Shown here piece by piece: positions 12,548 to 27,085 of a DNA stretch of 64,000 nucleotides. Every line of letters starts with the position of its first letter. The first letter of the stretch is position 1. The notes under the pieces were generated by a model, which was given only the letters and a program-made list of their open reading frames with translations, had not been told where the DNA came from and did no database searches. Position numbers and translations under genes: made by a program. The DNA is from Octopus sinensis. Lineage: Eukaryota. Location of the stretch: contig NC_043005.1 of NCBI RefSeq assembly GCF_006345805.1, positions 51,894,001-51,958,000 on the forward strand, given 5' to 3'.

Positions 12548-12682
12548 AGTGGCCGTGTGGTAAGACGCTTGCTTTCCAACCGCATCATTCCGGATTCAGT
12601 CCCACTGCGTAACAACTTGATTTGTTGGACGAAAACTGAAAGAACACCTCCCCACACATACATACATACATACATACATACA

Positions 12683-12748
<66 letters not shown>

Positions 12749-13330
12749 CAGCCGAAATTGCGAAGATGATCTGGTTCTTGACTGATGACTGAGAGCTTCG
12801 AAAGTCCCGTCTGTGTTTTTTTGTCGTCTTCTAAATGTTTCACGTTCTTGTCCCAGTTTGTGTATTTTTTAAACTTTTACATATATATATATATATATAT
12901 AATATATATATATCACGTCAGGCTGGAGATGGGAAAGATGAATTCCCTTTGCGAATACTGACAGGGCACAGAAAGTGTGTCAATAGCCAGCTAGAGGAGA
13001 TGTCTTCCTGGGGCTACAAGCTACAGTAGCATCAATCTCCGTGTGTGTATATATATATATATATTATATTATATATATATATATATATATATATGCTCAT
13101 ATGTATATACATATATATAAGTGTGTGTTTCTGTCTATGTTTGTCCCCACCACCGTTCGACAAGAGGTGTTGGTGTGGTTGCATCTTCATAACCTAGCTG
13201 TTTTGTAAAAGTAACCGATAGATACGTACCAGCTTTAAAAAACATACTAGGGTCGATTCATTCGACTAACAAGTCAACAGGACAGTGCGCCAGCATGGCT
13301 GCCGTCTAATGACTGAAATATGTAAAAGGT
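12548..13330 (+). mobile_element. SINE family A copy interrupted by two nested insertions in its internal microsatellite
   Basis: Head at 12548-12645 and tail at 13120-13330 (TTTGTCCCCACCACC...CCAGCATGGCTGCC...GACTGAAA). Inserts at about 12745-12880 and 12915-13040. Confidence 0.7.
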
Positions 13331-15696
13331 AATCAGATAGAATAGCTATTTAAGCGAAATTAACAGTCTCTGTGTGTTTTTGAATGGCTAGCACGTGTCC
13401 TCCACGCTGTAATCGTTTTACTTTCGTCTCACGGCCTTTGACCAAATCACTCACGTTGAAAGCCTTCCATAGAAAGAAAAGAAGATTTCGTAATTATGTT
13501 TTGGATGGAACAATAATTAAACTTCTTATAAATTGAAACACAATTGCTTTTATCCGGAAACAACTGGAAAACCCGATGTAAGACATACGCCTTTTTGGAA
13601 TGTTTACACGCACGAAGTATGGATGGCACTAAAAATATAAGGCTAACAATGGAAACTTTCCATAGCACACTTGAATTCAAATAAAGGACCATGTCTTAAA
13701 CTGTCACATGGCTTTAACTATAAAGAAAAGGGTGTATAGGGGATTGAATGCACCTTAATATATGACTAGTATTTATGTTATTGTTTGTGGAAATGTAGAA
13801 GGTAAAGACAACGACAGCATTATTTGAACTCTGTGTTATCAATATATATACTGATCACATGATTGTTTGATTGATTGATTCTACGTGTATACTCACTAAT
13901 CATTACTTCACGCGTAATATTGCTTTAAAGTAGATATTTTCCTCTCATACACTCACAGTAACTTTGCAATCAGTGATGGTAAATGGAAATAATTTTTGGA
14001 GAAAATCACAGCCATGAGTACTTTCCTTTTCGCATCCATTATTGAATAGCAATGACAGAATAGAAAGCAAGGTCATGTTGTTGGTGATATCAGTGATTCT
14101 ATTATGGCAAAAGCTGATATGTTAATCATGTGCTTAACAGACCGAAGTGTCGTATTATCAGTACTATTACGATTAGCAAAGGCAACGTGATATCAATGCA
14201 TCGAACGTGGCCTAAAATCGATCGAAACTGGTGTGTTATTTAGTGCTCGCGTTGTGACCCAAACTGAAGTAGTATTAGAGTTTCTATCGGGAGTCAGACT
14301 AAAATGACGAGTGCTTCGATCATGGAGAAGTTGACACGAAAAACCGATTTAACAATGTGAATATAAAACGCATAAAGTATACTTCACGGTTTATGATGCT
14401 AAATAAACTATTTCATACGACCATATCTATTTAGAATTTTGTGAACAACGTCTTTAAAAGCTAAGGTCTACGGTACAAATTAGCGTTAGTCAGCGGTTTG
14501 TCCGGGTGAATTTTTCATTTAACTGTGTAATCACATTTACATACAAATGATACCACTTTCAAAATAACTGAAAAAGGTGAGGTTTGTTATTTGGTGAAGC
14601 ATTTCATTAAGCTACAGGAAAACACGAGGATTGAAGGAGACAAATGGAGGTCTGCATTGAAAACATCGAATTCATCAAAACTAAATAGAAATCGGAACGT
14701 AAGCAGAATAAAATTCAAACGTTGCTGACAGACATTTCGTTGGTGAATAAGATATCATGAATTCATGAGATATCAATGATATAGCGAAACAACGTCCAGG
14801 GAGGATAACACTGACTCTTTGGGGGTCTAAAGGATAAAACATAAATTGTTAGTTTGTGAGACATTGAGTTTATGAAGAAGACTCAGTGAATCATGGCTTT
14901 AACACTGGTCTTTTGTTTAGAGAAACTGTTTAGAAATATACATTGTATTTCCCCGTTAAGCTGAAATATTCATTAGATCTGTACATGAACGATATTAATA
15001 TGTGCAGGATGCTCTTCGCACCACAATGGTGACGGCACTTACTTTGCTCTTCTTGTCAAATATGTATTAGTGGGACAGTAATATGGTACTTAATTAGTAA
15101 CGGAGGTTTGTATGTAGTGGTATGTTAGTAAAGAATGAGTTTTAAACATTATGTATTTTGGGCTGACGTTGCATAATTTCAGCGAAAATTTCTTCGTATT
15201 CTACTAAATGACATTGATTGTAGGCAGGAATTAATAGACAAATGTATAGTAATAATTGTCGCCAAATTTAGGTGCGTATCTTTTACGATGATAATGTGCA
15301 AATAGGCCCCGTACACGACACACTAGGCACAACGTTACGTAAATAGACAACTAGGGCTTTAACGACATTGCTGATTGACGCACATAGATTAAATGTAGTG
15401 AATTCATTTAAATTGTATCTCCAAACACGCCGTATCAATACTTAGTAATTATATATTTCTGTGCATACATATATACGTATTTGTGCTTGTGTGTATGTCT
15501 TGGGATTTATAATTGACTCCCACCATGTTGTTTTGCTTCTGTCCCCTGTAACTGAGTGGTTGGGTAAAATAGAAATAGGATAAAAGTCAGGCTTAAAAGA
15601 TAAGCACTAAAGTCGATTTGTTAGACGCTTGGGTACCATTCAAGCGTACCCTAGCTTCACCTCAGTCCGATGACAGAAGCAAGTAAAAGATAAAAG

Positions 15697-15741
15697 GTAT
15701 AGATAAATAGATAGATATATAGATAGACAGATAGACAGACT

Positions 15742-15808
<67 letters not shown>
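15697..15808. repeat. (GATA)n microsatellite following a degenerate SINE A tail (about 15495-15695)
   Basis: Visible array; tail motifs GTCCCCTGTAACT and CAAGTAAAAGATAAAAG lie upstream. Confidence 0.85.
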
Positions 15809-16372
15809 GCATATGTCCTTACATATGCGTATGTGAGTGCGTGCATGTACGTGTGTGTGTGGGGGAGTGTTGTGGACGCTAAGTGGCCTGATGAATTATC
15901 TGTGAAGTAAGTGAGATAATTGTGGAAATGAACAGCTAAATAATAGATAAACCTTTTTAGAACTTATTTTGAGAAGTGGTAAAGAGAGGAGCTCTGTAGG
16001 GGATTCAAATACGTGACTGAGGTCTTGTCAATAAGCTTATGTTTTTTTTCTTTCTGTTTCAAAGTATGGGCATATACTGTCTAATATCAAAAATATTAAA
16101 TATCTAAACCTTTACATTTTAATTTGTTAATAGACACAAGTGCACGCACATAGACATACACCGCCCATATATATATATGTATGTGTGTGTGTGTGTGTGT
16201 GTGTACGTATGCATGTATATCTATGAATGCATGTATGTATATATATATGTATATATATATATGTATATATATATGTATATATATATATATATATTGCATA
16301 TATATATATATGTCTACATATACATATATATACATATATATATATGTAAATGTACATATATATATATGTATG

Positions 16373-16407
<35 letters not shown>

Positions 16408-16835
16408 TCTATGTGTTTGAATATCTGATATGGTCAGTTCAAACCTGGTGTGATAAACCGTAAAGATCTATAATGCTGTCTTGGCATATTAGAGAGGTTA
16501 TTTTCCATCGCCTTTCTCTGGAGACTGTTTTTCTCACGAACTATGAGATTCAGTCATTTGAGATTGAAGTGTTCTGACCACGGACACAACGCAGTATAGA
16601 GAATTGGACACGAATTGCCAAACTGCATTATCATGTGTGTGTATGCGCGCGCGTGTGTGCGAGTGTATGTGTGCGTATGTGTGTGCATGTGTACGTGTGT
16701 ATAATGTATATGTATTATACACGCGTGCACCTTTCTGTCCATCTATCTCTCTCTTTATATATACACACACAAACACTTGCAAACACACACACACAGATAC
16801 ACACACATATATATAAATATATGTATATATGTGTA

Positions 16836-16887
<52 letters not shown>

Positions 16888-16991
16888 ATATATGTATACA
16901 CACATACACACACTCATATGTACGTATTTATATATATGTATATGTATGTCTATATACCTATCTATCTAGCTATCTATACACATATCTGTAC

Positions 16992-17032
<41 letters not shown>

Positions 17033-18199
17033 TGTATGTATATAGACACATGCACTCACACATTGCTAATCATATATGCTTTGTAAACATGTGAAGTTGA
17101 GAGCCGGAGACTTTGCGGTAGTCCGTCATATGTATGTAAGTATGCCTGCATATTTGTGAGAGTATATGAATGTTTATATGTGTGTATATATGCGTGTGCG
17201 GTTATGTATATGTTTGCATATATAAGCGTATGTGTCTTTCTCTATGTAAGCTTTTACCTCTGTGCAAAATAGTTTCAATGAAGTGAAGAAGAAAAAACGA
17301 AGTTAAAATAGAGCTCAAACTTAAAAATAATTATTGGAGTCGAGTGGACTGGGATAGAGAAATTTATAAAGAGAGGAAGTAAAGATTTTTGTGTCTGTTT
17401 ACTTGCAAGGTCTGAATAAGTGGCATTACCCATGAGAAGACTCCGATAGCAGCGAGGTTGCTGTCGTTAATGTCCCACTTAAATTGTTGAAAAAGAAAAG
17501 CTGCGAAAGACAGAAGCTGGGAAGAGATTTTAGATGTTCAATGCTGTAAAGAGGAAGCGCTAGAGATGTGATGTGATATAGTGCAGGGCAAAGGAGGATT
17601 TGGCCACAAGAGTAGTAACATAATTTTGGAAGACGAGTAAGTTGATACTGGAGTAGGACAAGATTGGTCATATCAGTTTACCTTGTAATAGTTGCAGAAA
17701 GGAAAGAAAGAGTTGACAGCACTCGCATAGGCCAAAGACTAGCTCGTTTCTGTGAGTGTTTTAGCACCTGTCAGTCGAGCAGCATTAGTCCGGAAATGGT
17801 CTAGGATATCTACGTGAATGACAGTAGCAGCAGTAGCAGCAACAGTACAGTTTCAGTTGAGAGAAGACTTTTCCTTTTTGGGGTTTCATCGTACTTTGTA
17901 GAATCTCAGAAATTGTGTTTACAGCGTTAGACAATACTCGGAATAAAAACGTACCATGAAATAATTATAAAATAATATAAAGCATACCATTATGAAAAGA
18001 AAATATAATTCGATTTTCAATTACATAGTAAACACATAGATCTGCTCAGATACGGGTAGGAACACACGAATTAACTGGACAAGAACAGCCCCATAACGCT
18101 GCTCTTCTGTCATTCTTCGAACTGAGTTATGGTACACCTCAAAAAGATCCGTTACAATTTTATTTATGGACATTAAAAAAAATTCTTAATGTGCTTTAA

Positions 18200-19480
18200 T
18201 TTTCTGCCTTCCATGAACAAAAAAACACTATGGTGAAACTTTTAGTTATATTCTGGGATCTTTTCAAATTTGTGGCCAGGACCCCAGATCTTTCTAGTTA
18301 ACTAAATAATTTGAAACTTTGTGTACTCATAGAGTGGAACTAGTTTATTCGCCAGCTGGAACTAGTTTATTTGAGAAAAATCTATTTTATGACTTTAATC
18401 GTAGATTAAAACTGCGAATTTTAACCAATGAGATTGCTTGTTTTCATATCTAAAACGTTACTGCGATCTGTTAGTGTGACGTTGAAAGCAGTTTTGTGAC
18501 GTCTGCTATTTCTAAAAAGCTTTGTGTGTGGTAAAGTAATTTTTTTACTTTACCATATTTTTATAAATATATCGGAGAATCCATATTTTTATAACATATA
18601 TCGGAGAATCCATGTGATTTTTCGTTGTTTTTCTCTTATACGTATGTGAATTATTTCTGAGTATGCATTGTCTGGGAGACTTTTTCTTGCAGTTGAGAAA
18701 TTTTTGGCTGCTATTTCTAAAAAGCTCGGTGTGTGGTTAAGTAATTTTTTTACTTTACCATATTTTTATAAATTAATATATATATATATATATATATATA
18801 ATTTTTTACTCGGTGTATGTGTATATGTATGTCTGCATGTGTGTGTGTATGTATGTGTGTGTGTGTGTGTAAGTATGTGTAAAAAATTACATTGAATCGG
18901 CCATACATACATACATACATACACATACACAGATACACATACATTCAGGCATATACACATACACCGAGTAAAAAATTTCAGTTATCTCTCTCTTTCACAC
19001 ATTACTCTCTCTGTCTCTTCACACACACTAACAGAAGCACTTCACTTACACAACATACTGTCTCCCACACCCCATCAAACACACACACACACACACACAT
19101 GTACATCAATGCTTCCTCTAGACGGTAACTTCAAAGACAAACTTTTGTTATTAGAAGGTGGCTGACTATAGCTTGTTTACATTGTTTAATACGTCACGAA
19201 ATTGGTGGTCGAGACGGAGTAAATAAAATAAAGCCGAATGACGGAATATCATTGGTTAAAATTCTAATTATTAAACAATGTTAAACTTAGAAGTTACAAT
19301 TCCGTTTGCATTCTGGTTTACAATTAAGTTTACTTTTGACACATTCTACCAGTATACGAAGTTTCAAATTGTTTGGTTCAGTAGGAAAAATTTGAAAAAA
19401 CTGGCTTCAGAATAGAAAAGATCCATATTCTGTCTTTCTTATGTATATAGTATAATATTTCACCTATAAAATCAAAAGTA
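18200..19480. mobile_element. Fold-back element with long degenerate inverted arms
   Basis: AATTTGAAACTTTGTGTACT (about 18310) pairs with AGTATACGAAGTTTCAAATT (about 19351). GAATTTTAACCAATGA (about 18416) pairs with TCATTGGTTAAAATTC (about 19249). An inner perfect 28-bp IR spans 18800-18827 / 18950-18977. Confidence 0.6.
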
Positions 19481-19486
19481 GCTGAT

Positions 19487-20141
19487 ATGCGTGGTCTGAT
19501 CAATAAGTTACCGGGCTGTTGCCATTGTAACAAACCTAAAGCACGCTGAGTAAATCCGCTCGGCACAGATTGATCTAGAACTTTGCTATGCATGTGCACT
19601 AAGTTTTAACATTCTAGCTCAATTCTGCTCTTTACAGCAGTGCTTGGAGGGAAGGTGTGTAGTGTGTGATCGTCGCATAGACCATGACAGACGAAGCTGA
19701 GCACAGAATCTGTATCTAATTTTGCCAAAAGCTTGGTGATACCGGCTCAGACGCCTACGCAAAGTTTCCAAAAAGTTTTCATCGTTCTCGACGCAATCAA
19801 GAAGATCTTGTGCAACTGAAACCCGAGTGTTTCATTTTTTTGTTCAGCTGAAAGCAGTTTTGGCACAAACTTGGCCGACACGCGTCTCACACTCAAATCT
19901 TCATTGATAATGGACTTAACTGAACAGTAACTAATCTTCACATTCTCTTATAACTCACGGATGGGGATTCGACAATTTCTCCTAACATCTGTTTTTCTCA
20001 TTTCTGTTGGTTGCGGGTCTCCCAGAACATTCGTCAATATCGACATTTCTTCGGCCATCTTGGAAACGTCTGTGTTCGGCTCATACACTCCTCTCCATAC
20101 ACTTTCTGCAACTTTGTGTAGGCCTCTGAGCCGGTATCGCC
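19487..20141. mobile_element. Mariner remnant with internal inversion
   Basis: TIR-like GGTCTGATCAATAAG. The plus strand gives MTDEAEHRICI*FCQKLGD, and the minus strand continues AYTKLQKVYGEECMSRT...SGRP...VRRVSAKFVPKLLS. Confidence 0.8.
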
Positions 20142-20782
20142 ATGACAACTTTCTCTGCATCCTCCAATAGGCACAGCACCTATATAGTCTTATGGTCTTC
20201 AAGGGGTATTACAACTTGCAAGCCTTCCCGATCCCTTCATTCTCGTATAATGGCTCTCGATCCCTCTTATTTGATCATCTTCCTATACTATGATATATAG
20301 TTTAAACAAACCACAGGTGAACAACATTGGTAATGTTATTGTCCTCACCTTTATATTTATATGTCCTTGAAACTGAACAACAAAAGAATGGGTGAATGTA
20401 TCTGCTTTTTTTAATCCTATATTTTGGTTGAGTTCTCAGTTCAATAGGGCTTTCCATGTTCACTCGAGAGAATTTCACACTTTTTCTGGAGTAAGCCTTC
20501 TAGAAATTGCTATTTAAACACTGTAATCTATTTCTTGTCAAAGCGGTACATCTGGGTTCATTAATTAATTATACAGCATGAGAAACGTATTTTCTCTCTC
20601 TCTCTCTCTTTCTGTTCCCCTCACTCTCTCCCTCTCCCCTCTCTCTCTATATATGTATTTATATAAATATGTGAATATAGGTATATGTGTGCGTGTGTAT
20701 GTGTGTGTATATTTATGTGTGTGTGTGTTTGTGTGTGTACGTATGTATACACATACATGCACAAACACTCACATGTGCACAG

Positions 20783-20819
<37 letters not shown>

Positions 20820-21410
20820 GATGCAAACATGGTTGTCTGACGTGTTGACACACGTGATGAAATGTCATTTAATAACAGAAATCCAATATGCAAAGTTCAC
20901 ATTTGATGAATTTAAACACTCGTCTGAAGATTGATTATAAAAATGAAACTTAGAAGTTGTGTCTTGATATTTTAACTTAAAATTATAAATGTTCGTATAT
21001 GTGTGAATGAGACGTAGAGAAGTGTGTGTGAGAGAGAGAGAGAGAAGAAAAGGGACAGAGACTTAGGGTAGAAATATGCAGAATATCGTTGATTATAAAA
21101 ACTATATTCCGCACAGCAATTTTCACACGGACACAAAGTTGTGTAAAACACATGAAAGAAATTAGTATGTTTGGTTGAATCACAAATACACACTTTCAAA
21201 GAAGCACACAAATATTTATGTCTACACACACACACTCACATACACGTGTACACATACACACACATACACATGCATGCACACATACACACAAAGGAGCACT
21301 CTCTTTTTCACACGTGCACACACACGCGCGCGCGCAGATAATCATACTTAGATGTGTGTGTGAGGGAAAATTATAAAATTTCATTGAATATGCATAACGT
21401 ACAATGAAAA

Positions 21411-22317
21411 TAGGGTGTGTTCAAAACTATACGACTTCATTTTTTCCCGCCAATACCAATGCTGCATAGGGAAAAATCATTTGGGTGGTAGGTGATGTTA
21501 CTGTACCCCCACATGCATGAATATTTTCACGCCGGTAAGCAACATCAGTTCCCAGTTGTTCCGCCTAGAACACAGACGTGTGGTGCACGCTCCCTGGATT
21601 TTGTTTTCACCGAACACGCTGAGCAGAGATATTGCATCAAGTTTTGCTAAAAGCTTGCTGATATTCATACTCAAGCCATCCATAAAATTCAGCAGGCCTT
21701 TGTCGATGATGCCATGGGCGAAACTGAGACTAAGGTGTGGTATAACCGCTCCAAACGTGGCAGCACCTCGGTGGAGGGCGAGGCACGCTTAAGCAGGCCA
21801 TCCACAAACAAAGACGAGGAGACGATTGAGAAGGTTCGGCGAATAGTCTTGGAGGACGGTAGTGTAACATTGCAGGAAATTTCTCATGAAGTGGGAATAG
21901 GCACAGGATCAGTGAATTTGAAGCATTTGTGCATCGGAGAGTCTCGGCGGAATTCGTCGCCATGGCGCCGACGGAGCGGCAGAAGTAACTTAGCATGGAA
22001 ATAGCTCAGGACATGCTCGGCTGTGTAAACTACGGCCCTCGCTTTATGAAGGCCATCATTACTGGTGATAAGATATGGGTTTATGATCCCTGCTCTGTGC
22101 GTTCGGTTGTCTTCCCGGAAAACGCAAAAACCGACGTGCGCAAACTACATGTCTGTATTCAAGATGTAGCAGCCAGAAATGTACGAGGCGTACGGACATA
22201 ATATTTAACGCATGCGCACGAAGGGTGTCAGCACCTTCCATCCAAAATATTTTGTCCGCGAGGCATTAGTATTGGCAGGAAACAAAATAAAATCTGATCT
22301 TTTTAAACGCACCTCGT
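21411..22317 (+). mobile_element. Internally deleted mariner element
   Basis: Degenerate inverted ends (GGTGTGTTCAAAA...TTCCCGCCAATACCAATGC / GCATTAGTATTGGCAGGAA...TTTTAAACGCACC). Transposase pieces EQRYCIKFC, RPSTNKDEETIEKVRRIV and IITGDKIWVYD. Confidence 0.82.
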
Positions 22318-22324
22318 GGACATC

Positions 22325-22720
22325 ATAGCACCACCTTTAGCACCACCTTTAGTCGAACAAATCGACCCCAGGACTTATTCTTTGTAAGACTAGTACTTAT
22401 TCTATCCGTTTCTTTAGCCGAACCGCTAAGTTACAGGGACGAAAACACACCAACATCGGTTGTCAAGCGACGGTGGGGGGACAAAGGCAGACGCATAAAC
22501 ATATACACGTGCGCACGCACACACACATACACATACAAACACATACATATAAATACGACTGGCTTCTTTCAGTTTCCATCAACCAAATTCACTCACAAGG
22601 CTTTGATCGGCCCGAGGCTATAGGAGAAGACACTTGCCCAAAATGACGCGCAAGAGGACTGAACCTGGAACCATGTGATTGGTAAGTAAGCAACGTCTGC
22701 GCCTATTAGCCACTCCTGCG
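22325..22720 (-). mobile_element. SINE family A, near full length
   Basis: Reverse complement matches the head and tail of the 36925-37343 copy. Confidence 0.88.
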
Positions 22721-23139
22721 GTGTATATATATATATATATATAATTTGAATTAAGCAGAAAATGGAGAAAACTTTTGATCATCAAACAAATTTACTACCA
22801 TCAGTTGATATTATTAAAAAATACATTAGTAATAACGGCTATTCTTATCCCTTAGCCAGTTATTCCAACCGCTAACTCTACTTACCTATATATAAAATAT
22901 GGGGGTTTAGTCCACAGGTGATCGAAGCAACTAGGTCCTAGGTAAGTGCTGTAACGGATTACTAGAGCTCCGAGGTTATAGCCGAGACGGTAGTTATGGA
23001 AACATTGCAAATTTCCGATAAACCGGATATATAATTCTTAAAGAGGACAGCAAACGTTAAAGACAAGGCAAGTATCCCAAGTCGTATACGTTATTATTAT
23101 TGGGAAAAAAAAATTTCAAAGTCGAAATTCTTGTTTTCC

Positions 23140-23173
<34 letters not shown>

Positions 23174-24032
23174 TGTATGAGTTGAGATGTTTGTCTTGCC
23201 TTTAACGTTTGTTGTCCTCTTAAACAATTATATATATATATATATATATATACGTACATGTTTTACACACATAAATAATCAATACCGTGTTAATATCAAA
23301 AAGTAAACCTATTCTCTATCTGCCACTGAGGAACCCTTAGCAGAGTGTAATCATGTGAACTGGCAGTTCTGGCATCTGCAGCAGAGGATTTTTGTCTGCG
23401 AACGATTTGATTACGGGTGCTTTTAAGCATTACAAGCCCTTATTGTAGATCCTTTGAAGTAAACAACAAGGTATTCTTTTACCTAACACGTTGAGCTAGA
23501 GATATAGATTACATTTCAAAATATATTTCAGTAAATACGTTGTTTTTTTTAAGCAAAAACTCCATTTTATGTTCTTCCAGTTCACTTCAGTTTAAAATGA
23601 GTAATCCTGAAGCTCTGGCGGTCCGTTTTGTGGGTATTGTCCTGATATCTGTAATCTATACGCTTAGTCATCGGGGTGGTATCATTTGAAATCTACCATA
23701 ATGCGAGGAGTCTCAGTGTGACCAGCGCTATATACCAACTTCCGATAGTCTGGCCGATACAGTGATACAGATATATGCATATACATATAAAAAAACATAC
23801 ATTTATATGTAGATATAGAATGTACAATATAAGCTTTCTAAAATGCTGCATACAATAAGATCCATTCAGTTAAACATATTGCATTTACACATATACAGTC
23901 TATACATAGAAAGATGAACGTAAGCTCTAGATATACTAAACCTCAGTATACAGATCTCGGTGATAACTCATATATTTATATATATATATTAATAATATTC
24001 ATAGGTTGAAAAGCGAGATTAATAACAATAAC

Positions 24033-24072
<40 letters not shown>

Positions 24073-24163
24073 TAATAATAATAATAATAATAATAACAAC
24101 AACAACAACAAAAACAACGGTATTATGTACATATACCTGAATGTTTACACTACTATTCATATA

Positions 24164-24205
<42 letters not shown>

Positions 24206-24483
24206 TGTGTGTGTATGTATACATAGTTGAGTCAATAAATTTATACTCGACTCTAGCCATTTTTCTCACCTTATAGGTAGATAGTACAACGCTGTGTGCG
24301 CTCGAATAATATACACGCGCACATACGGTCATATAGAAGCATCAATTTGTGTGTATATAAATATTTTAGAATATCATGTATACATGTGCGTGTATGTATG
24401 TGTGTATGTGCGTGTGTTTATGGGTGTGTATTTATTGGAGTCTGTGTATATACAACAAAGCTATTAGTTATTTATTCCCTACA

Positions 24484-24539
<56 letters not shown>

Positions 24540-25034
24540 GTCTTTTTTTTTCCTTGTTGATATAAATGTAAAATTCATGAGTGACCGATCAGATAATATA
24601 TTTATTGGTTTAGGTTTAAAAAAATAATCAGAAACGATGAAAAAAAAAATCAAACAAAAAAAAAATCGAATCGCTCCCCTACCCACGTTCTCGTCTCGTT
24701 GACTTACTGATAGTGATATTGTGACGATTTGTTATTGTTTATTTGTAAGAGAATGATAGAGAGACAGAGAGAGAGAAAGGGAGAGGGAGAGGGAGAAAGG
24801 AAGAGAGAGAGGCAGAGAGAGAGAGAGAGAGCGAGAGAGGGAGAGAGAGGGTAAGAGAGGGAGAATAAAGACTCAGAGACTGATATTGAGAGAAATTGGG
24901 AGAGAGACAGTCCAGCTCTGTTTAACTTAATAATATTTCGTTTCAGAAATCCCCGAGTTAAGCTCTTGATAGAACAGAAGCCATTTTGTTTTTATTCATT
25001 GTTTCGTTTCCCCACTGTCAACTTATATATATAT

Positions 25035-25079
<45 letters not shown>

Positions 25080-25176
25080 TATATTATATATATTATATAG
25101 TGTTGTGTATGTATGTAGTTATGTATGTATTTATATATGTATGTATAATATATATATATATATAGATATATGTATT

Positions 25177-25214
<38 letters not shown>

Positions 25215-25354
25215 AATACCTATATAAATACATGTGTGTATATAAATATATATATATATATAATGTTATTGTGTGTGTATGCATATAGGTATGAATATAC
25301 GTATACACACATATTTATACTAATATATACATGTTTATATATATATATATATAT

Positions 25355-25401
<47 letters not shown>

Positions 25402-25985
25402 GACATATAGATAGATATTTGCTATCGTCTGCTACCGTTGGTTTTTTTTTTCTTGTGTTTATCTCGCCTTATTCCCTCTGCGTGAGTTCTTTTGTTCTGT
25501 CAATTTGTTACCTCTCCTCTTCATTGGTTTTCATCAAATTTATTGTTTAGCTTATTCTACTTACGAGGTAGATCGTATTATATTAGCTGTTAAATTCAAC
25601 TTTGTACTTTTTGTTTGTTTTGTATCTGATATTTAGTTTTCTTTCTCTTTCTTTTTCGTATTTTCCTCTATCAAATTTTTTTCGTGAATATTCTCTATTT
25701 TTTTTATCCAATTTTTATTTTTATTATTATCTCTATTTTTTGTTTTCTCTTAGCCTTGTTATTCATTTTCATTTTGCCAGTTTGAAACTCTTTTCTTTAA
25801 AACCCCAACAAATAAATTATATGTGTACGTGTGTGTATGTACATACATACATAAATATAATACACACACAATATTATCTAATATATATATATTATATATA
25901 TATATATACATACATGTATACGCACACAACCACACATATACACGTATAGGTAGGTAGTTATGTATATGAATATATGTATATGTAT

Positions 25986-26057
<72 letters not shown>

Positions 26058-26248
26058 GGTGGATGGATGTGTATATGTGTGTATCTATGTGCATATATAG
26101 GTAGGTATGATTTTATCTACCTATTTAGCATGCATGCACACACATTCATATATATATACGTGTGTAAATATATAATATATATATATATAGTGTATGTTTT
26201 ATATGTGTTTATGCCGTGTGTGTATCTGTGTGTGCATGTCCATGCATA

Positions 26249-26311
<63 letters not shown>

Positions 26312-26547
26312 CATATCTACCCACCTATAGATATAAAAAACACATACGTACATAAATACACACATATACAAATACATCTTAATAAATGTATATATATATA
26401 TATACATATGTGTGGGGGGTGTAAATGTATGCATTCCAATGATCTTGTGTGTGTATGTATGTGCATGTATATGTCTGTCTGTATACACACTGCTATAGAT
26501 TGTAACGTAGATAGAAATATGAATCAGAAACCACTTTTACCTTCGTA

Positions 26548-26561
26548 TGATTATTATTATC

Positions 26562-26629
<68 letters not shown>

Positions 26630-26675
26630 TTCATTATCATTATTATTATTATTATTATCATTATTATTATTATTA

Positions 26676-26729
<54 letters not shown>

Positions 26730-26930
26730 TATTATCATCATCATCATCATTTAGCTTTGATTTCGTTTTCATTGTCAACATGTTTATGTTTATAGTGTAA
26801 ATGTTTGTTACGACAACACCCAGAATCTCTACGTGTTCTTTCCTAGAATCAGAATCACATTTTTTTTTATGTCTGCAGGTATTTAAAAATTATCCCGTGA
26901 CTACTACTACTACTCCTCCTCCTCCTCCTC

Positions 26931-26992
<62 letters not shown>

Positions 26993-27034
26993 ACTACTAC
27001 TACTACTACTACAACTACTACTACTACTACTACC

Positions 27035-27071
<37 letters not shown>

Positions 27072-27085
27072 ATGCTGATGCTACT
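26548..27085. repeat. (ATT)n array and compound (ACT/CCT/GCT)n array
   Basis: Directly visible at 26548-26750 and 26901-27085. Confidence 0.9.

Noticed and set aside
12781-12815. CTGATGA...GAAA hammerhead-like string
   Set aside because: Stems I and III do not form, and the related copy near 38185 has GAAT.
13900-15400. Unique-looking stretch that might be exonic or a decayed transposase
   Set aside because: No sustained ORF or motif that I can identify.
17330-17800. Possible decayed CR1/Jockey-type LINE on the minus strand
   Set aside because: Only a vague compositional resemblance, with no diagnostic motif.
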